Part shown: positions 1 through 11,559 of the stretch, one piece after another
Position numbering within the stretch: position 1 is the first letter of the stretch
How the letters are laid out: every line of letters begins with the position of its first letter
Source of the DNA: Raillietiella orientalis
Lineage: Eukaryota
Assembly (NCBI GenBank): GCA_036172245.1
Contig: JAYWIR010000013.1
Coordinates: forward strand, 2,046,001 to 2,110,000
Direction of reading: 5' to 3'
Length of the DNA: 64,000 nt
Made by a program: the position numbers and the translations under genes
The notes under the pieces: generated by a model
What the model saw: the letters and a program-made list of their open reading frames with translations, nothing else
What the model was told of the DNA's origin: nothing
The model's database searches: none

Positions 1-183
1 CGCATCTCTTTCCCCGTTTTCGTTGTCGGGATTTGGTTTCCCTTTCCTTACTTCGAGTGCTTTGCGAACAGGACGCCGATCTCCCGCGCTTCCGGCGACT
101 CTTTCGTCCCCTTCCCCTTCCGTGTCGCATCGCATTTTCGAACGCGCCGGTTTCTCCGTGCCGGTGCCCGCCTCCTGTGAGGC

Positions 184-1055
184 GTGGGGCAACAGCGCTC
201 CTTCCACGGGAAAGAAGGGGAACAAAGATGGCGTCCCTCCGGAGTCCCGGAAGGTCCTGCAACGCGCCTGCTCTCCTTCCTCCTCGCCTCCACTTTCCCG
301 CGGGTCGCCCACCTCTGGAACGAGTGGCTGCCGCTCCACCAGGCTCCAGGAAGAACTCGGGAAATCCAGGAATCCCGGATCACGCCTAAGGACCGGGGAC
401 CGGTCGTCCTCGTCTCAAGGAAAGGAGAGGGAAGGTCCACAAGAGGAGGGGGTGGACGGAGACCTCCTCTCTGCCAGAGGCTACAGGAGGTTTTCGAACA
501 TCCGGGTCGAGCAGCCTCACCCTCCTTTTAAGGGCGCGAGAGGCGGTCAGCTGCTTCATCGGCGGGGGGCTCAGCGGGCAGGTCGACAGCCTACACGGCG
601 ATAGCAGGGCGAGATGCCGCGACACCGAGGCCAATCGGTCGTTGGGCCGCCTGCCCAAGGAGGGCACGTCCTTCTTGCAGCCTGCGTCTGGGGACGATCT
701 CGTCTTTCACCTCTCTTTGGCAAGGCGGGCGAAACGGCCCGCCGTGCAGAAGGACAAGAGCAAGAAAAATGAAAATAAAAATGGCGGGTTCTGGAGTGGG
801 CGCGGAGGGTCCTCAGGCCACTCCGTGATCTCCCCCTTCTCAAGGGGAAACAAGAGAAGCGAACAGGAGAGGAGAGAGGCGCTCCCGAAGAGGCAGGATC
901 CCGAAGACGGGAACCTCCGAGTGACGCTGCGTCTCCTCGGGAGGGTTCCTGGACGAGGGAGGGGCATGCGTCCAGACTTGACCACCCCGCCTCTCTCAGA
1001 ACCACGCGAGCGTCAGCGACAAGCGTTTCGTCCCATGATGCTCGGGGAGTATTGA
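184..1055 (+). mobile_element. Decayed L1/Tx1-clade non-LTR retrotransposon, reverse transcriptase region
   Basis: Frame-hopping translation gives RT motifs in the correct order: KEGEQRWRP..RLLSFLLAS..HQAPGR (cf. WRPISL..K.L..ILA..Q..PGR), IGGGLSGQV..(RR*)QG (cf. VNG.LS..G.RQG), GDDLVF (cf. ADD), LRLLGRV (cf. LSL.GR). Many frameshifts. Confidence 0.55.
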
Positions 1056-1260
1056 GACGACCCCCGCCTTCTCCCGGGGGACTTTCGAACTTTCCCGAGA
1101 TGTCTGCTCTTCCCCACCCCCTCTTCCCTCTCCCGTCTGCCTCCTTTCCCTCCCGCCCGAGCTGCCGCCAGCCACCGACAAACCCACTGCGCGCGCCGGT
1201 GGCTTTTCTTTTGTAACCAACTTCAAGTGACCTGGTTTCTGGAGTTTCCCGATGGTCTAG

Positions 1261-1414
1261 GTCACAGGAGGAGGATCGGATTTGGTCGTTGTAACAGAAG
1301 CTGTTTTACGGTCCACCGTAGCGAAGAGATCGCTCCCACTGCGACACTGCAACTGATTCAACAGTCTTCCAGCTGTTCCACTGACGGAGACGCTTGGGTC
1401 GATCCTACAGACAG
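1261..1414 (+). CDS. Rim: RIM alternative exon A (phase 1 to phase 2, 154 nt)
   Basis: ctag|GT CAC AGG...GAC AG|gtccag. Encodes GHRRRIGFGRCNRSCFTVHRSEEIAP...QQSSSCSTDGD, resembling the RSEE/SSS.S.DG linker upstream of C2B in invertebrate RIMs. Splice sites are weak. Confidence 0.7.
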
Positions 1415-4400
1415 GTCCAGTATCTCCTCTGACACCCTAAGGCTAATTTGAAACTCGCTGTCAAAAAAAAAAAAAAAAGATAGAAAGAAAGAAAAAGAAA
1501 AAAAAAAGAGAAACACACACACGTTGAGCGGTAGTAGTGCACGTCCTTAGTGCAGCTTCCTTGACGATGTAGCTTGAACTGTCTGTGTTTGCGATTGCCT
1601 CCTTTCCCTCCCCCGCCCCCCTTTCCCCTACGGGCATCCAGAACTACCGTTCCAGAGCCACCCTGAAGTGCCTGCCGCCGTGAGTGCGCGTTCGTCATTC
1701 CCTTTACTTTGAGAGAGAGAGAGAAAGAGAGAATGACTGTGAACTAATACTGCGCCTGCTTATAGTGATTTTAGTTCCAGTTTGTAGTGCCTTTTGTTTG
1801 TCAGATAGTGGTAGAAAGCATAGCGCTAGTAGTGGTATTCAAAGAAGTCAGGAAGTCTGTCCCAGTCCGAAACACTCATGGCTCATGAAAGCGGTACCGG
1901 GAAAACCGGATGACAGTTTCGTTCCAGAAACCGCCAAGTAAGTCCAAAGCTTCGAAAAAAAAAAAAGAAAGAAAAAGTCATTTGCTTCATTCAATTCGAT
2001 GCTTTCGTCATCCAGATTTCTGAATCCTTTGTGAAGAACATTTTCACATTTTCCTTTTTACGACTAATCTCCAGCTTTCCTTTTTTTTCTTCTTCTTTTC
2101 CTTCATTTTTCACTTTTTCGTGATTTAACATTTGCTTTGATTTCGCTTCCATATTGGGCAAGCATCTTTCAATCGTTGCATGCTTTAAGGCGACGGCGGT
2201 GGGTACCCTGCCCGCGCTTCGTAAGGTAAGTACATTGTTCAGCCTGCGTTTAGTTCTGGAACGATGACGTCAGCTCGCAAGCATGGATGCCAGTCATATT
2301 GATCTGAGCAGCTTCCGCCCTCACATGCGATGAGCACGAGCATGCACTTTATCCTTCTTACTGAATGAACACATGGTAGAAATGAATCACCTCTTGATCT
2401 GTGTTGTGACTCGGAATTAGCTACTTTTTTTTTTTTGCTTTGATTAATGCTTGTGCATCATTTAAGCTTCTCCGTCACAGACGGTTTCCTTAGCATGTGA
2501 GAAAGGAAAAAAAAAACAGACGGACAACACAGTGCCCTCCTTTTCATCACGAATATTTGCGAATCCTAGAACAAGGAAATGTAAATAATCATTGGTTCGT
2601 GTTCTGGATGGATTTTGCCATTTGAGTGTTCAGCTGTGAATGATGAATTATTGCAACCCTTTCTCCATTTTCCTATTTTAAACAGAATAAATATTCATCA
2701 AAGTCATCAGATATTCCGGAAGTCCTTGGAAATATTAATGAGGGCTTGTAGAAGCTCAAGGTAACGATTTAAAATGATTTCCTCTAGATATTCGGTGATT
2801 GATGATAGCTACCTTGATGTGGAAGTGGTGGCATCTATCTCTCGAAAGGCAAGATAATCGGCAGACATCGTAACGCGTTCCATAAGAGTTCGCAGAAAAC
2901 TTGCGTCTTCGTAGCTGTAGCCAACAGCAAGGCTACTTTCAGGGACCGACGGCCTTCTCTTCTTGTTCTATCTGTTGTCAGGAGTGAAACCATGCATGCT
3001 GGTTCATACTATTCGCACGAAGAAAACAAAGAGGTCACACGCTTACTCATTTCTCTCCTTGCAGTCGGAAGTCCCTCCGACTCTGCAAAGACTTGGAATC
3101 CGGAAGCGCACCGTCCATTAAATGAATTGGACTTTTTTCCACAAGCAAAATTGCAGGTGCTGTGTTCTACGGGATAACTGCGGTGATGCTCACAGTGTGG
3201 CGATTACTTTCCGCTCGCGGTATCGTAAATAACGAACAGATAAATTACAAATTCGACTTGTTGCACTGGAATTGAGGATGATTGCATCGGATGTTTGTGG
3301 TTTTCACGTAACAGTTGTCCAGGTTTGGGTGCTTTGGTGATCAGACTGATCCCAGTATGACGGTTCTGGCAGATCGATAGTAGCCCTTTCGCCTCTATAC
3401 GCACAGTGGCGCTCCCATGTTAGAAGGTTCGGAAAAAAAACGGAGCAGAACTGCTGCGCAGGATGCTCCTCGGGCAATCTCCGCGGAAGATTCTTTCGTT
3501 TTCCAATTACTCATTTCGATCCGTGCATCTGAATGTCTGGCATGTGCCTCAAAGTGAGCTGGACTCGAACGTGTGCTCCTCCGTTCTCATGTGCTGGTTC
3601 ATGCGATCGTCTTGCGGCGGCAGGGCCCGCTTTGCATCCTCGACCTGCCCAGCTCCGTGTCTGTGCTGGAGAAGGGCCGGCCCGCGGGCAGAATGCAAGG
3701 AGTCAACGAGCGCTTGCGCCGGTCCGGGCTCGAACCCGCAGCCCTTTCTCTCGGGTTCGCGGCGTTTGCGCGCGCGCGCCGGAAGGGCACGCGCTTTGGG
3801 CCCTCTTCTGGGCAGCAGCAGCAGCAGTCCGCCACGTAGGCTCGTGCTTGGGTGGCTCAGTGGTTCGGTGCGCCCAGTCGACGGTGCCCTCTCCCCTTTC
3901 CCCTCTGTGGCGGATGTCAGGGGGCGACACCATCAGCCTGTTGGGCCGGCTGGCGTGCACTCTCTGAGCTTCTGGCTATTTCAGGGTGCCGTCGGCGCCC
4001 TGGAGACCTAATGGAACCGCGAAAGAGAAAAGCAATTTTTTTTTTGGTTCCCCTTCCTTCACGCGGCTTCTGGAATCTCTGCTGTCGGGCTTTCGAAGGG
4101 GAACAGCAGCTTGTGTCCGGTACTCGCACGCGGTTCTCGGGACGAAAAGTCAGGTCACCACAGCGACTCCATGTCGGGAGTCCCTTGGCTACAGACTGGG
4201 ATCTCCCTTCGCCCTGGCGGAGCGTTCTCGCTGCAGTCGGTCACGTCTCCGTGCAGCTCCTTATGCAGAGTTGAAGACGCCGCGCTCATTGATTTCCAAT
4301 CGTGAAGATGAAGACAACGACTGCGAAAGAAGCAGACTTCACGCAAGCGTATGAGTGGTAGGCAAGGCACCAAGGTAACAGTTGAGGACAAGATTCGCTC

Positions 4401-7400
4401 TCAAGACTGCTGCAGTCACAGGAGATGCGGAAAAAAACACCGTTACTTAGCGGGGCAGTTTCTGTAGGAGAGATTCATCGTTAGCAGAAGAGCACGGAGC
4501 TCTTCTGTTAACGACGAATCTCCCCTACAGAATCCTCAAGTGCCATGGTACACGAAACAGCCCAGGAAGACGGACCTACTTGTCCGAAGAAGGACAATGG
4601 TGGCCCTACGAGAAGCCAGCGTAGCCTGTTTGATAGGCCTATTCGAAGACATGAATCCTTAATCTGTCCGTGACCAAGCGCGTGACCACCACAGCGAAGA
4701 ATGCGCAGCTGACCCACCACATCCGCGATGAGCGTACCAGAAGTCGAAAGAAAAGATATCTTGATGGGAAGGGAGACGTCCGGCAACTGTTGTGGAGGTG
4801 CACGTCCTCTGAAGGGACATAAAATGCAGCACCATGAGCAGCAGCAAGCTCAGAGTGGATCTCCTTCATCGAGTTCCTCGCTAGAATTTTATGTTCCCTC
4901 CTGCTGCCTCCGATGTGCTGCCGCCGTTCTCGCTGACTCTTCTTGCGAAGAGTGTTGGAAGGAAGAGGGTACGAGGGCGGGGCGACCGGCGCATTCCCTA
5001 TCACCTCCTGAAGTCTTGGTGGGGTGGGAGAACCGTCCGCAACCCTTGAGCCTAATCTCTTCCCAGGACGCGTTTTTTTTTTTTTTTCTTGACTGTGGCG
5101 GAGGATTCGACTTCTTCTGGGTGTCCTGAAGTTTCTTGATTTCTGCCGGTGGGTGAACTCAAATTCAGCACCGGATGCGGGCTGCGTTCTCTCTCAAGAG
5201 CTTTGCTCACTTGCAATATCATAGCCGAGGACGGTAAGGGAGTCGTGTTGCTAAAAAGAAAACTCACGAGCGCGACGACGGTCGCGCGATGCTGCAGCGT
5301 TCGCGCCGCCCATCTGGGTTGGACCGCGCAGGCTGGACGCGGTTCTTCTCTGGAGGTTCGTGCGTTCGCCTCCGGTATCTCTCGTTTTCCAAGGTGCTCC
5401 CCTGCAACGAAGTCTGTGGGCGGGCTTCTCAGCATCCCGGAATCCGATTGGAGCCGTGGTCCGCATCTGCTCGAAATGCGACAACGCAGACGGTGGTGAT
5501 TTGCGTTCTTCTTCCCTTCGGCGCCTCTCAAGAGCACAGCCTCTTCCTTCCCTTTTGTCCTTCTTCTCTCGTTGGTGATCACTGGTTTTCTGGAGAGTTT
5601 CCCTCCTTGTGATTCCTGTGAGCCAGGATTTTTTTTAGGGTTGTCAAGATGCGTTCAGAACACGAACCAATGCGCGTTCTGCATCGGGAGAAGAAGAAGA
5701 AAAAAAAAGCGACAAGAAGAGAGAAAACTCTTCGTTCCCGAAGCTGGGGCAGGCTTGGCAAAGCCAAGGCTGCTGCTGCGAAGGCGGGCTTTTCCGTCTT
5801 CAAGGCAGACGCAAGGTCTTTCGGTCTTTGCGCGCCCTTTGCTTCCACCCCACCCTCCCCAAGTACCGTAATCATCGACGACAAATCTTTTCTGTTCCCC
5901 CCACCCCCACCCCCATTCGAATGTGCGCCCTCGACCGACGCACCTGCCACAGATCTCTCAGTCTAACAGGAAAACGTCTGCTTTCAGTTGGACTTGTCAT
6001 CACAGAATAATCACTGAAGGGCAGCTTAATGATTTCGTAGATGGCCTAGGTCCTGGTCAGTTGGTGGGACGCCAAGTACTGGCATCAGCATCTCTGGGTG
6101 ATATACAGCTCTCTCTGTGTGATCGCAAAGGGAAACTCGAAGTTGAAGTTATACGAGCACGAGGACTTCAGATGAAAAAGGGAACCAAAGTTCTTCCAGG
6201 TAAGGCGAGCGGAATGCGAATGTCGAGACGCCTGCAGCCTCTCTGGGTCACGTTCGGGTGCATCAGAGCGCCAGCAGGGAAGGATGGGCGAAGCAACAAC
6301 GACCACAGAAATTGCGCTTTCCTCTGCTTCATAAAGACGTTGCGGGTTGCCGGTCGGTTGATCTCCAACAGCGTCGGCGGTCAGCCTCCTGCGCATTGCG
6401 ACGAAATGAATACCCACCGCTGGGACCGCCGGGGTCCTCTCCCGCGGGAACGGGGGCCGCTTCGCCAGCGCAGCCGGCCCGACCACGGGCGCGAGCGAGC
6501 GGAAGAAGCAAAGGACGGTTTGTCATAACAGAAGAAGCGGCGATGCTGACTTCCAAACCCTGCGCTCGTCAAACCGACCACCTCCACGTTCCTCCGTACA
6601 GTACACGTTCGCGCCGATTCATGTTCAAAGCGGCACCGCGCGCGTTCACGGCAGACGGTGGTGCCTCGGCTCCATACCGGGAACGGGGAGAAAAAAGAAA
6701 GAAGGAAAACGCGATCGAATCGAAACGCGGCCTTCTGTACAGGCGAGCTAGTCGCGCGCATCCACGCATCCCGTACGATACCCGTCGTACACTGGCAGCC
6801 AACGGAACGCGCGTGTACGACGGGGCCTCCGTTTCGGTCTTCACGGAGGATTCCTTCCTTCCTCCGATTGCCTCCATCGCCCCACGACGAGGACCTTCGA
6901 AGCATCGGTGCGCACGGGACGGCAACGAGCGCTCCCCGTCTCCCGCGGGGAGTGCATCGTCTGGAAGGATTCGCACGGGACACGTGCAAACGGGACACCA
7001 CGTTCTGAGGACGCGCCGTGGTTCGAAGTGTTTGCCTGGACTCTCCTCGAAACGCTCGGCGGGAGACTGTCGGAGAGGGGAAAGCATCCTTTGCCCCACC
7101 GCCCTGCAGAAGCTCCTCGAAGGAAACTCGCGAGAAGAGGGACTTCAGCTTATAATTAACTTTCGTTAATGTTGGTTGATGAGAGTGACGTCAGGGACGC
7201 TCTCCGCAAGTGCCCTCCTCGTCGATTCTTACGAGCTGCGGCCCGTTGCGACAAACGAGTTGCCCTCCACCCCTGCTTCAAGGCAAGCGAAATGGAAGGT
7301 CGGATCCTCATTCGCTGTGATCATCGATTTCGTCAAAGACCATGAATCGTGCACATTTTGCTTAGAACAAGCGGAAAAGAAAAGAAAATGTCCTGGAGGC

Positions 7401-9652
7401 GTGTGACGTCAAGCGAGAAGTCCGCGCTTGGAAGGGCGGAATTGCAGACGTGGTCTCCTCTGCTTTCCCTCCTGTTTATCTGATTATAATCAGATAAACA
7501 GGAAACCGTATTTGCAGTCGGTTACTATGGCTCCTTCCTCCATGGCCACATCCTTTGTTACCACTCAGTTTCTCGCCGGTCGTCCAGAGTTTTCCTGGTT
7601 GCATTGCTGTTCCCTTCCCAGTGTTCCTGGCTATCGCTAGTTACCACCCATCCGCTGCGCACTCAAGGCCAAGATGCGCTTCCGATCCAACTTTGCCGCG
7701 GTGGACATTGGCTCGTCCTCGGAAGCGTCGCCCTTTCCCATCCCAATACCGCCCCGGTGCTTCCGATTCGGTTCGGGATGGAAGACGCGAGAGAGCTTCG
7801 ATTCCGGAAGCGATCCGAGCCCTTTCCGGAACACCTGCTCATCCGGAACTCCCACTCGACTTCCTCCTCTTACTCCAGAAACTGGACGCACGCGAAACTC
7901 CTCCTGCAGGAAGCGATCCTGATGGAAAAAGCCTCGGCGACGCCGTGTTCCCCCCGTCGACCCGCCACACCCGTCGGTCGATAAAGGGGCACTTCTCGAA
8001 TGCAGCGACTCCCCGGATCGACATTGGCCGTTTGGGGCGTTCGGTATTCCCCTCCCCTTTCCTATTTCGTTCTGCATATTTCTGAGTCACTCTGAGTGAG
8101 ACTTCCCCGGTCTATGCAGCCAGTTCAGAAGACTTGGTCGCTTCCAGCTTGCGGATCCAGCGAGCGTTCGTGCCGGATTTCGACCGGAACACTGCGAACA
8201 CCCACGCACAGGGAGCCGCGCTCCCTCGCGCGAAAACGCTACAATCGGCCGGAGGAAGCAAAAGGGTGCGCGGGAAGAGGGAAAGCTGCTGCCGCAGGAA
8301 CGACAGGAAGGGCAGGCTGTTGTTTCCCGCGCCCTCCGGAAGTCGGAAGAGGGCAGAGACGCGGCAGCAGAGAGAGGTGGCGAAGGTGAGGGGGCGGAGA
8401 GGTACGGGCCGTATCGCGGACTTGCACACCCGAGAAGCTCCCTCGCTAGATGGCAGCGCCAGCGTGGACGCGCAGCTGCCGACGCCCAGAGGACCTGTGG
8501 ACGGCGTGCCTCCGCCTCCTCCACCGACCGTCGCTTGCATCCCGTCCTCTCGCTAGCCCCCGGGGAGGTCTGGTCTTGTTCCCTTGCGTCGCACCGGCTG
8601 CGACCTCGGGCAGGATTCACTCCTCCAGGGCGCGCACTCACCACGGGTTCCTTGTTCTAGCCCCATACGTGAAGGTGTACCTCGTCGATGGTAAGAAGTG
8701 CATAGCCAAAGCGAAGACGGTGACCGCCAGGCGCACGCTCGATCCGCTGTACCAGCAGCAGCTGGTGTTCCACAACAACTACAAAGGTTGCATTCTCCAG
8801 GTTAGTGTTTGAGGGAGTGGTGAGGGATGGTGTGCCTCCTAGTGCAGATCGCGCGTGCAGGTAAGTGTTGGCCTGCCGGATCGAAGGTCGCGAGCTGCTC
8901 GTACGCTGATGCGGAACGGGCAGGCGTCTGGAAAGAGTGGAACTTTCCATTTCTCTCTCTGTTCTCTTGAGATGCTTTCTGAGTTTCCCGAGTGCTCGGG
9001 ATACGAATCCGATGACAACTCCCCCCCCCCCCGCCCCCCTCATTCTTCCGCCAAAGCATAAGACAAGCTCTTTCTTTTCCCATTCGGACCGCACTGGGGC
9101 TTACGAAGCACAGACGTGGAGATTCTTCCGTGTCGATGAGAAGAGAGAAAGATGATGTGAAAGATCGGCGTTTCGAGCATTTCACAAAAATCTTCGAAAA
9201 TGGGGGGCAAGGGGGTACGTTGCGGGCGTACCCCCTTGCCGACTGTTCTCTCTGTTCAGCTGTCTCCGTGAGCCTCTTCCTATCTTCGTCTGCATTTGCT
9301 GCCTCCCTGGCTGGCGGCTTTTCGCAGACGTCCCTCCCTTCCCTTGCGTCGTGTGTTGTTTTGAGTGCGCGTGCGTGCGTGCGTGCCTTCGATCTCTTTG
9401 GATCGAGTCCGTGTCCCCCTTTCTCTCTCTGTTCGTATGAAAAATGTCTTTTCTTACTCGTAGATCACCGTGTGGGGAGACGGAGGTAGGCTCGGCTGCA
9501 AAAAAATATTTATGGGAATTGTGCAGATCGTGCTCCAAGAATTAGATCTGTCTAATATCGTTATTGGCTGGTACAAACTGTTCGGGATGTCATCTCTCGT
9601 GAACGTTCCCTCTTCTGTGCTAAAAGAGACGCCTGGATGCCTGGAAACGTGA
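1261..9652 (+). CDS. Rim: Rab3-interacting molecule (RIM/UNC-10), 3' portion including the C2B domain; 5' exons lie upstream of the window
   Basis: Phase-compatible GT-AG exons: [1261-1414 or 1805-1937], 2190-2225, 6006-6199, 8661-8800, 9464-9652 (TGA). Translation includes EGQLNDFVDGLGPGQLVGRQVLASASLGDIQL..LEVEVIRARGL, APYVKVYL..KKCIAKAKT..ARRTLDPLYQQQLVF, ITVWGD..FMG..IGWYKLF, which are diagnostic of RIM C2B. Confidence 0.93.
1805..1937 (+). CDS. Rim: RIM alternative exon B (phase 1 to phase 2, 133 nt)
   Basis: ttttgtttgtcag|AT AGT GGT...GCC AA|gtaagt, strong splice sites. Encodes DSGRKHSASSGIQRSQEVCP..., sharing the RS.E..P motif with exon A. Confidence 0.65.
2190..2225 (+). CDS. Rim: RIM 36-nt microexon (phase 2 to phase 2)
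   Basis: tttaag|G CGA CGG CGG TGG GTA CCC...GTA AG|gtaagt. Frame-preserving; encodes RRRWVPCPRFV, which joins R-IITEGQLNDF of the next exon. Confidence 0.55.
4316..4740 (+). pseudogene. H3: Histone H3 pseudogene (orphon) in a RIM intron
   Basis: Frame-hopping translation KQTSRK..KAPR*QLRTRFALKTAAVTG..KHRY..GEIHR*QKSTELF..VHETAQ..KTDL..MVALREASVACLIGLFEDMN..KRVTTTAKNAQLTHHIRDERT aligns end to end with H3. It has stops and frameshifts and no introns. Confidence 0.88.
4460..4532. repeat. Inverted repeat with 34-bp arms and a 5-nt loop inside the H3 pseudogene
   Basis: 4460-4493 ttctgtaggagagattcatcgttagcagaagagc versus the reverse complement of 4499-4532, ttctgtaggggagattcgtcgttaacagaagagc (3 mismatches). 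Confidence 0.95.
6006..6199 (+). CDS. Rim: RIM exon, start of the C2B region
   Basis: cacag|A ATA ATC ACT GAA GGG...CCA G|gtaagg; IITEGQLNDFVDGLGPGQLVGRQVLAS...IRARGLQMKKGTKVLP. Confidence 0.93.
8090..8640 (-). mobile_element. Decayed L1/Tx1-like fragment (post-RT region) in a RIM intron
   Basis: Minus strand reads QVLWASAAAR, then after a frameshift STLALPSSEG, resembling the FLW...RV...L.LP..EGGLG motif. Heavily degenerate. Confidence 0.35.
8661..8800 (+). CDS. Rim: RIM C2B exon
   Basis: ttgttctag|CC CCA TAC GTG AAG...CTC CAG|gttagt; APYVKVYLVDGKKCIAKAKTVTARRTLDPLYQQQLVFHNNYKGCILQ. Confidence 0.95.
9464..9652 (+). CDS. Rim: RIM terminal coding exon
   Basis: ttactcgtag|ATC ACC GTG TGG GGA GAC...ACG TGA; ITVWGDGGRLGCKKIFMGIVQIVLQELDLSNIVIGWYKLFGMSSLV... 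Confidence 0.93.
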   Translation: MTVWGDGGRLGCKKIFMGIVQIVLQELDLSNIVIGWYKLFGMSSLVNVPSSVLKETPGCLET

Positions 9653-10331
9653 CAGCGAATCCAGAAAAAGGAAAAAAAAAAAATTTGCGAAAAGTGCAGA
9701 GCTTTCAAAGCTTGGGAAGCATTTTTTTTTTTTTTGTTCTTGTTGTTGTTGTTGTTTTTTGTTTTCCGAACTGCGCAAAGAGCTGCATCAAACCACCGCA
9801 AGAGATTGTTGCCTGGAGCGGAGACAGTGGTCCCCATGCAAATCACCTCATCGTGTGCTCGTGTCAGAGTCCGATTTCATTGCAGAAACCATCTGTGATA
9901 TTTTGCAGAGACAAAGTGATTTCTATTTTAGGTTGAACCTACCAGATCCTTCGACCCTCGTTGTTATTCGTGAGAATCGATTACCGATTGGGTTCATTTC
10001 CCTTGTACTTAACAAATTGGAGCAGATTCTATTTTCAACAACAACAGCAAAAACCCAGGTGCCTATTAGATTAATACGTCCCCCCCCCCTCCCCTCTCCT
10101 CCACTTTTTTTTTTTTTTTTTCCTATTTTACTTTTCCCCCCTCCGATGCAGCCACTGTGCGTGGCAAAAATAAAAAATATATTCTGTCTATTCATTTGAA
10201 TATCATCATCCGGTGGTGTGGATCCGATACGGCGGACATTCCTCGCCGAGGTTTCCTATCATTTCGTCTGCTCTCCAAAAGTTTTTTGAACTCTTTTTGA
10301 TCCTTCCATTGTTCTTGAACTTCATCCCTTG

Positions 10332-10337
10332 AATAAA
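10332..10337 (+). promoter_or_regulatory. Candidate RIM polyadenylation signal
   Basis: AATAAA followed by a GT/T-rich tract (gtgttttattttctg). A second AATAAA lies at 10169-10174. Confidence 0.35.
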
Positions 10338-11559
10338 CCATCTCATCACGTGTTTTATTTTCTGCTTCCTTTCGTTGCGGTGGCGCCGTCTATCTGGTGC
10401 TCGGACGGCGCGGCAGCCTGGGGGAAAAGCGCTGCTTCAGGTTCCCGTGCTGCCCCTGGGAACCATGGGCCTGAGGGCACGTGAAACCTGCGGGCTGAGT
10501 GGGGACCACGGTGATATCAGCGGGGCAGTTGAAGGGGGGGCATGCGAGCCCGAAGGGTGGAGCTGGTGGGCGCGGAGCTGCACGCACCGTGCAGCACCGC
10601 ATTCCACTTCGGTCTGAACGCTCGCGGTAGAAACCGGGAGGTGCGGACTTTCGGCCGACACAGATAACCCCTGCCCTGGAAGAGCGAGGCTTACGCCACG
10701 GGCACGCAACGTGTACGTCGAGGAGCTGCATCACCCTGAACTCGGACCAGAGTCCGGCGCTCAGGGTGGCCCCAGAGCCCTGGGCAGCCCTGGCAGACCG
10801 TTGCTCTCCGGTGGGACGCAACACCCTGGTCTGTTGGTCGCCGGGATCAACTCGGTCTCGTCGGGGTCGGAGTTGCTGTCCTCTCGCCCGAAAGCGACTA
10901 CGGGTCAGAGGGAAGCGAGAAGCCCCACGTCGCTCCCACGGGAGGATGACGAAAAGAAGTTGCGGTTTCCGAAAAGGCAGTCCGAGCCACCGTCTTACTC
11001 CCTTCGGGACGTGAAATGGTCGAACGGGAGAGGCTCAGGTGGCGAGCTCTCAAGGTCGCTCGCGGGTCCTCCGCACCCAAGGCCGCAGCCCGCCCTTCCG
11101 GACTGCCCGCCGTCCGGGGGACACATCGGCCAGCGAAACGGATCGGAGGACTTTGCCAGGGATTTCCTCCTCCGGAGAAATTCCCACGCGTACGCACGCA
11201 CGCCGGAAGATCCGGGGCGCAGGCGTGCTCTCGTCACCCGCTCTGCGAGCTCCTCGCTCCGTTCCCTCCTCCCACGTGCCAGGAGCCTAAGAGGAGGTGC
11301 AGTTTTCCTCATTCCGTTTTGCCAGGACATGTATTATTATTAAGAAAGAATAATAAAAGTACAACGAATTGGACTTTGTGGTGGAACACGTGGTTTACCA
11401 CGTGCGTTCGACGTGCCGATCACCGGTATGAAGGCCAGCGAGGTTCGTTTCAGTAGCGAAGGGGAGGGAAAACCACACACAAAAAATAAAAAATAAATAA
11501 AATAGGAAAAAAAGGGTGGAAAATTTTCATGGGGAGGGTGGGGACGGGGAAGGGATCAC

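Noticed and set aside
23..1226. Long overlapping ORFs (193, 144 and 137 aa) as genes
   Set aside because: They are Arg/Ser/Pro-rich shadows of GC-rich decayed LINE sequence; the RT motifs are split across frames.
2700..3420. Coding-like stretch in a RIM intron (possible viral or TE relic)
   Set aside because: All frames examined are interrupted and I recognise no motif; it needs BLASTX.
5923..7169. 201-aa and 303-aa ORFs as complete proteins
   Set aside because: Only 6006-6199 is a RIM exon; the rest is read-through into GC-rich intron with no recognisable domain.
7780..7950. LLLQE endonuclease-like remnant
   Set aside because: A single short motif, too weak to call.
10375..11343. 210-aa ORF with a possible RNase H-like GHIG motif
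   Set aside because: Low-complexity GC-rich translation with no convincing catalytic residues; probably TE-derived but unassignable.
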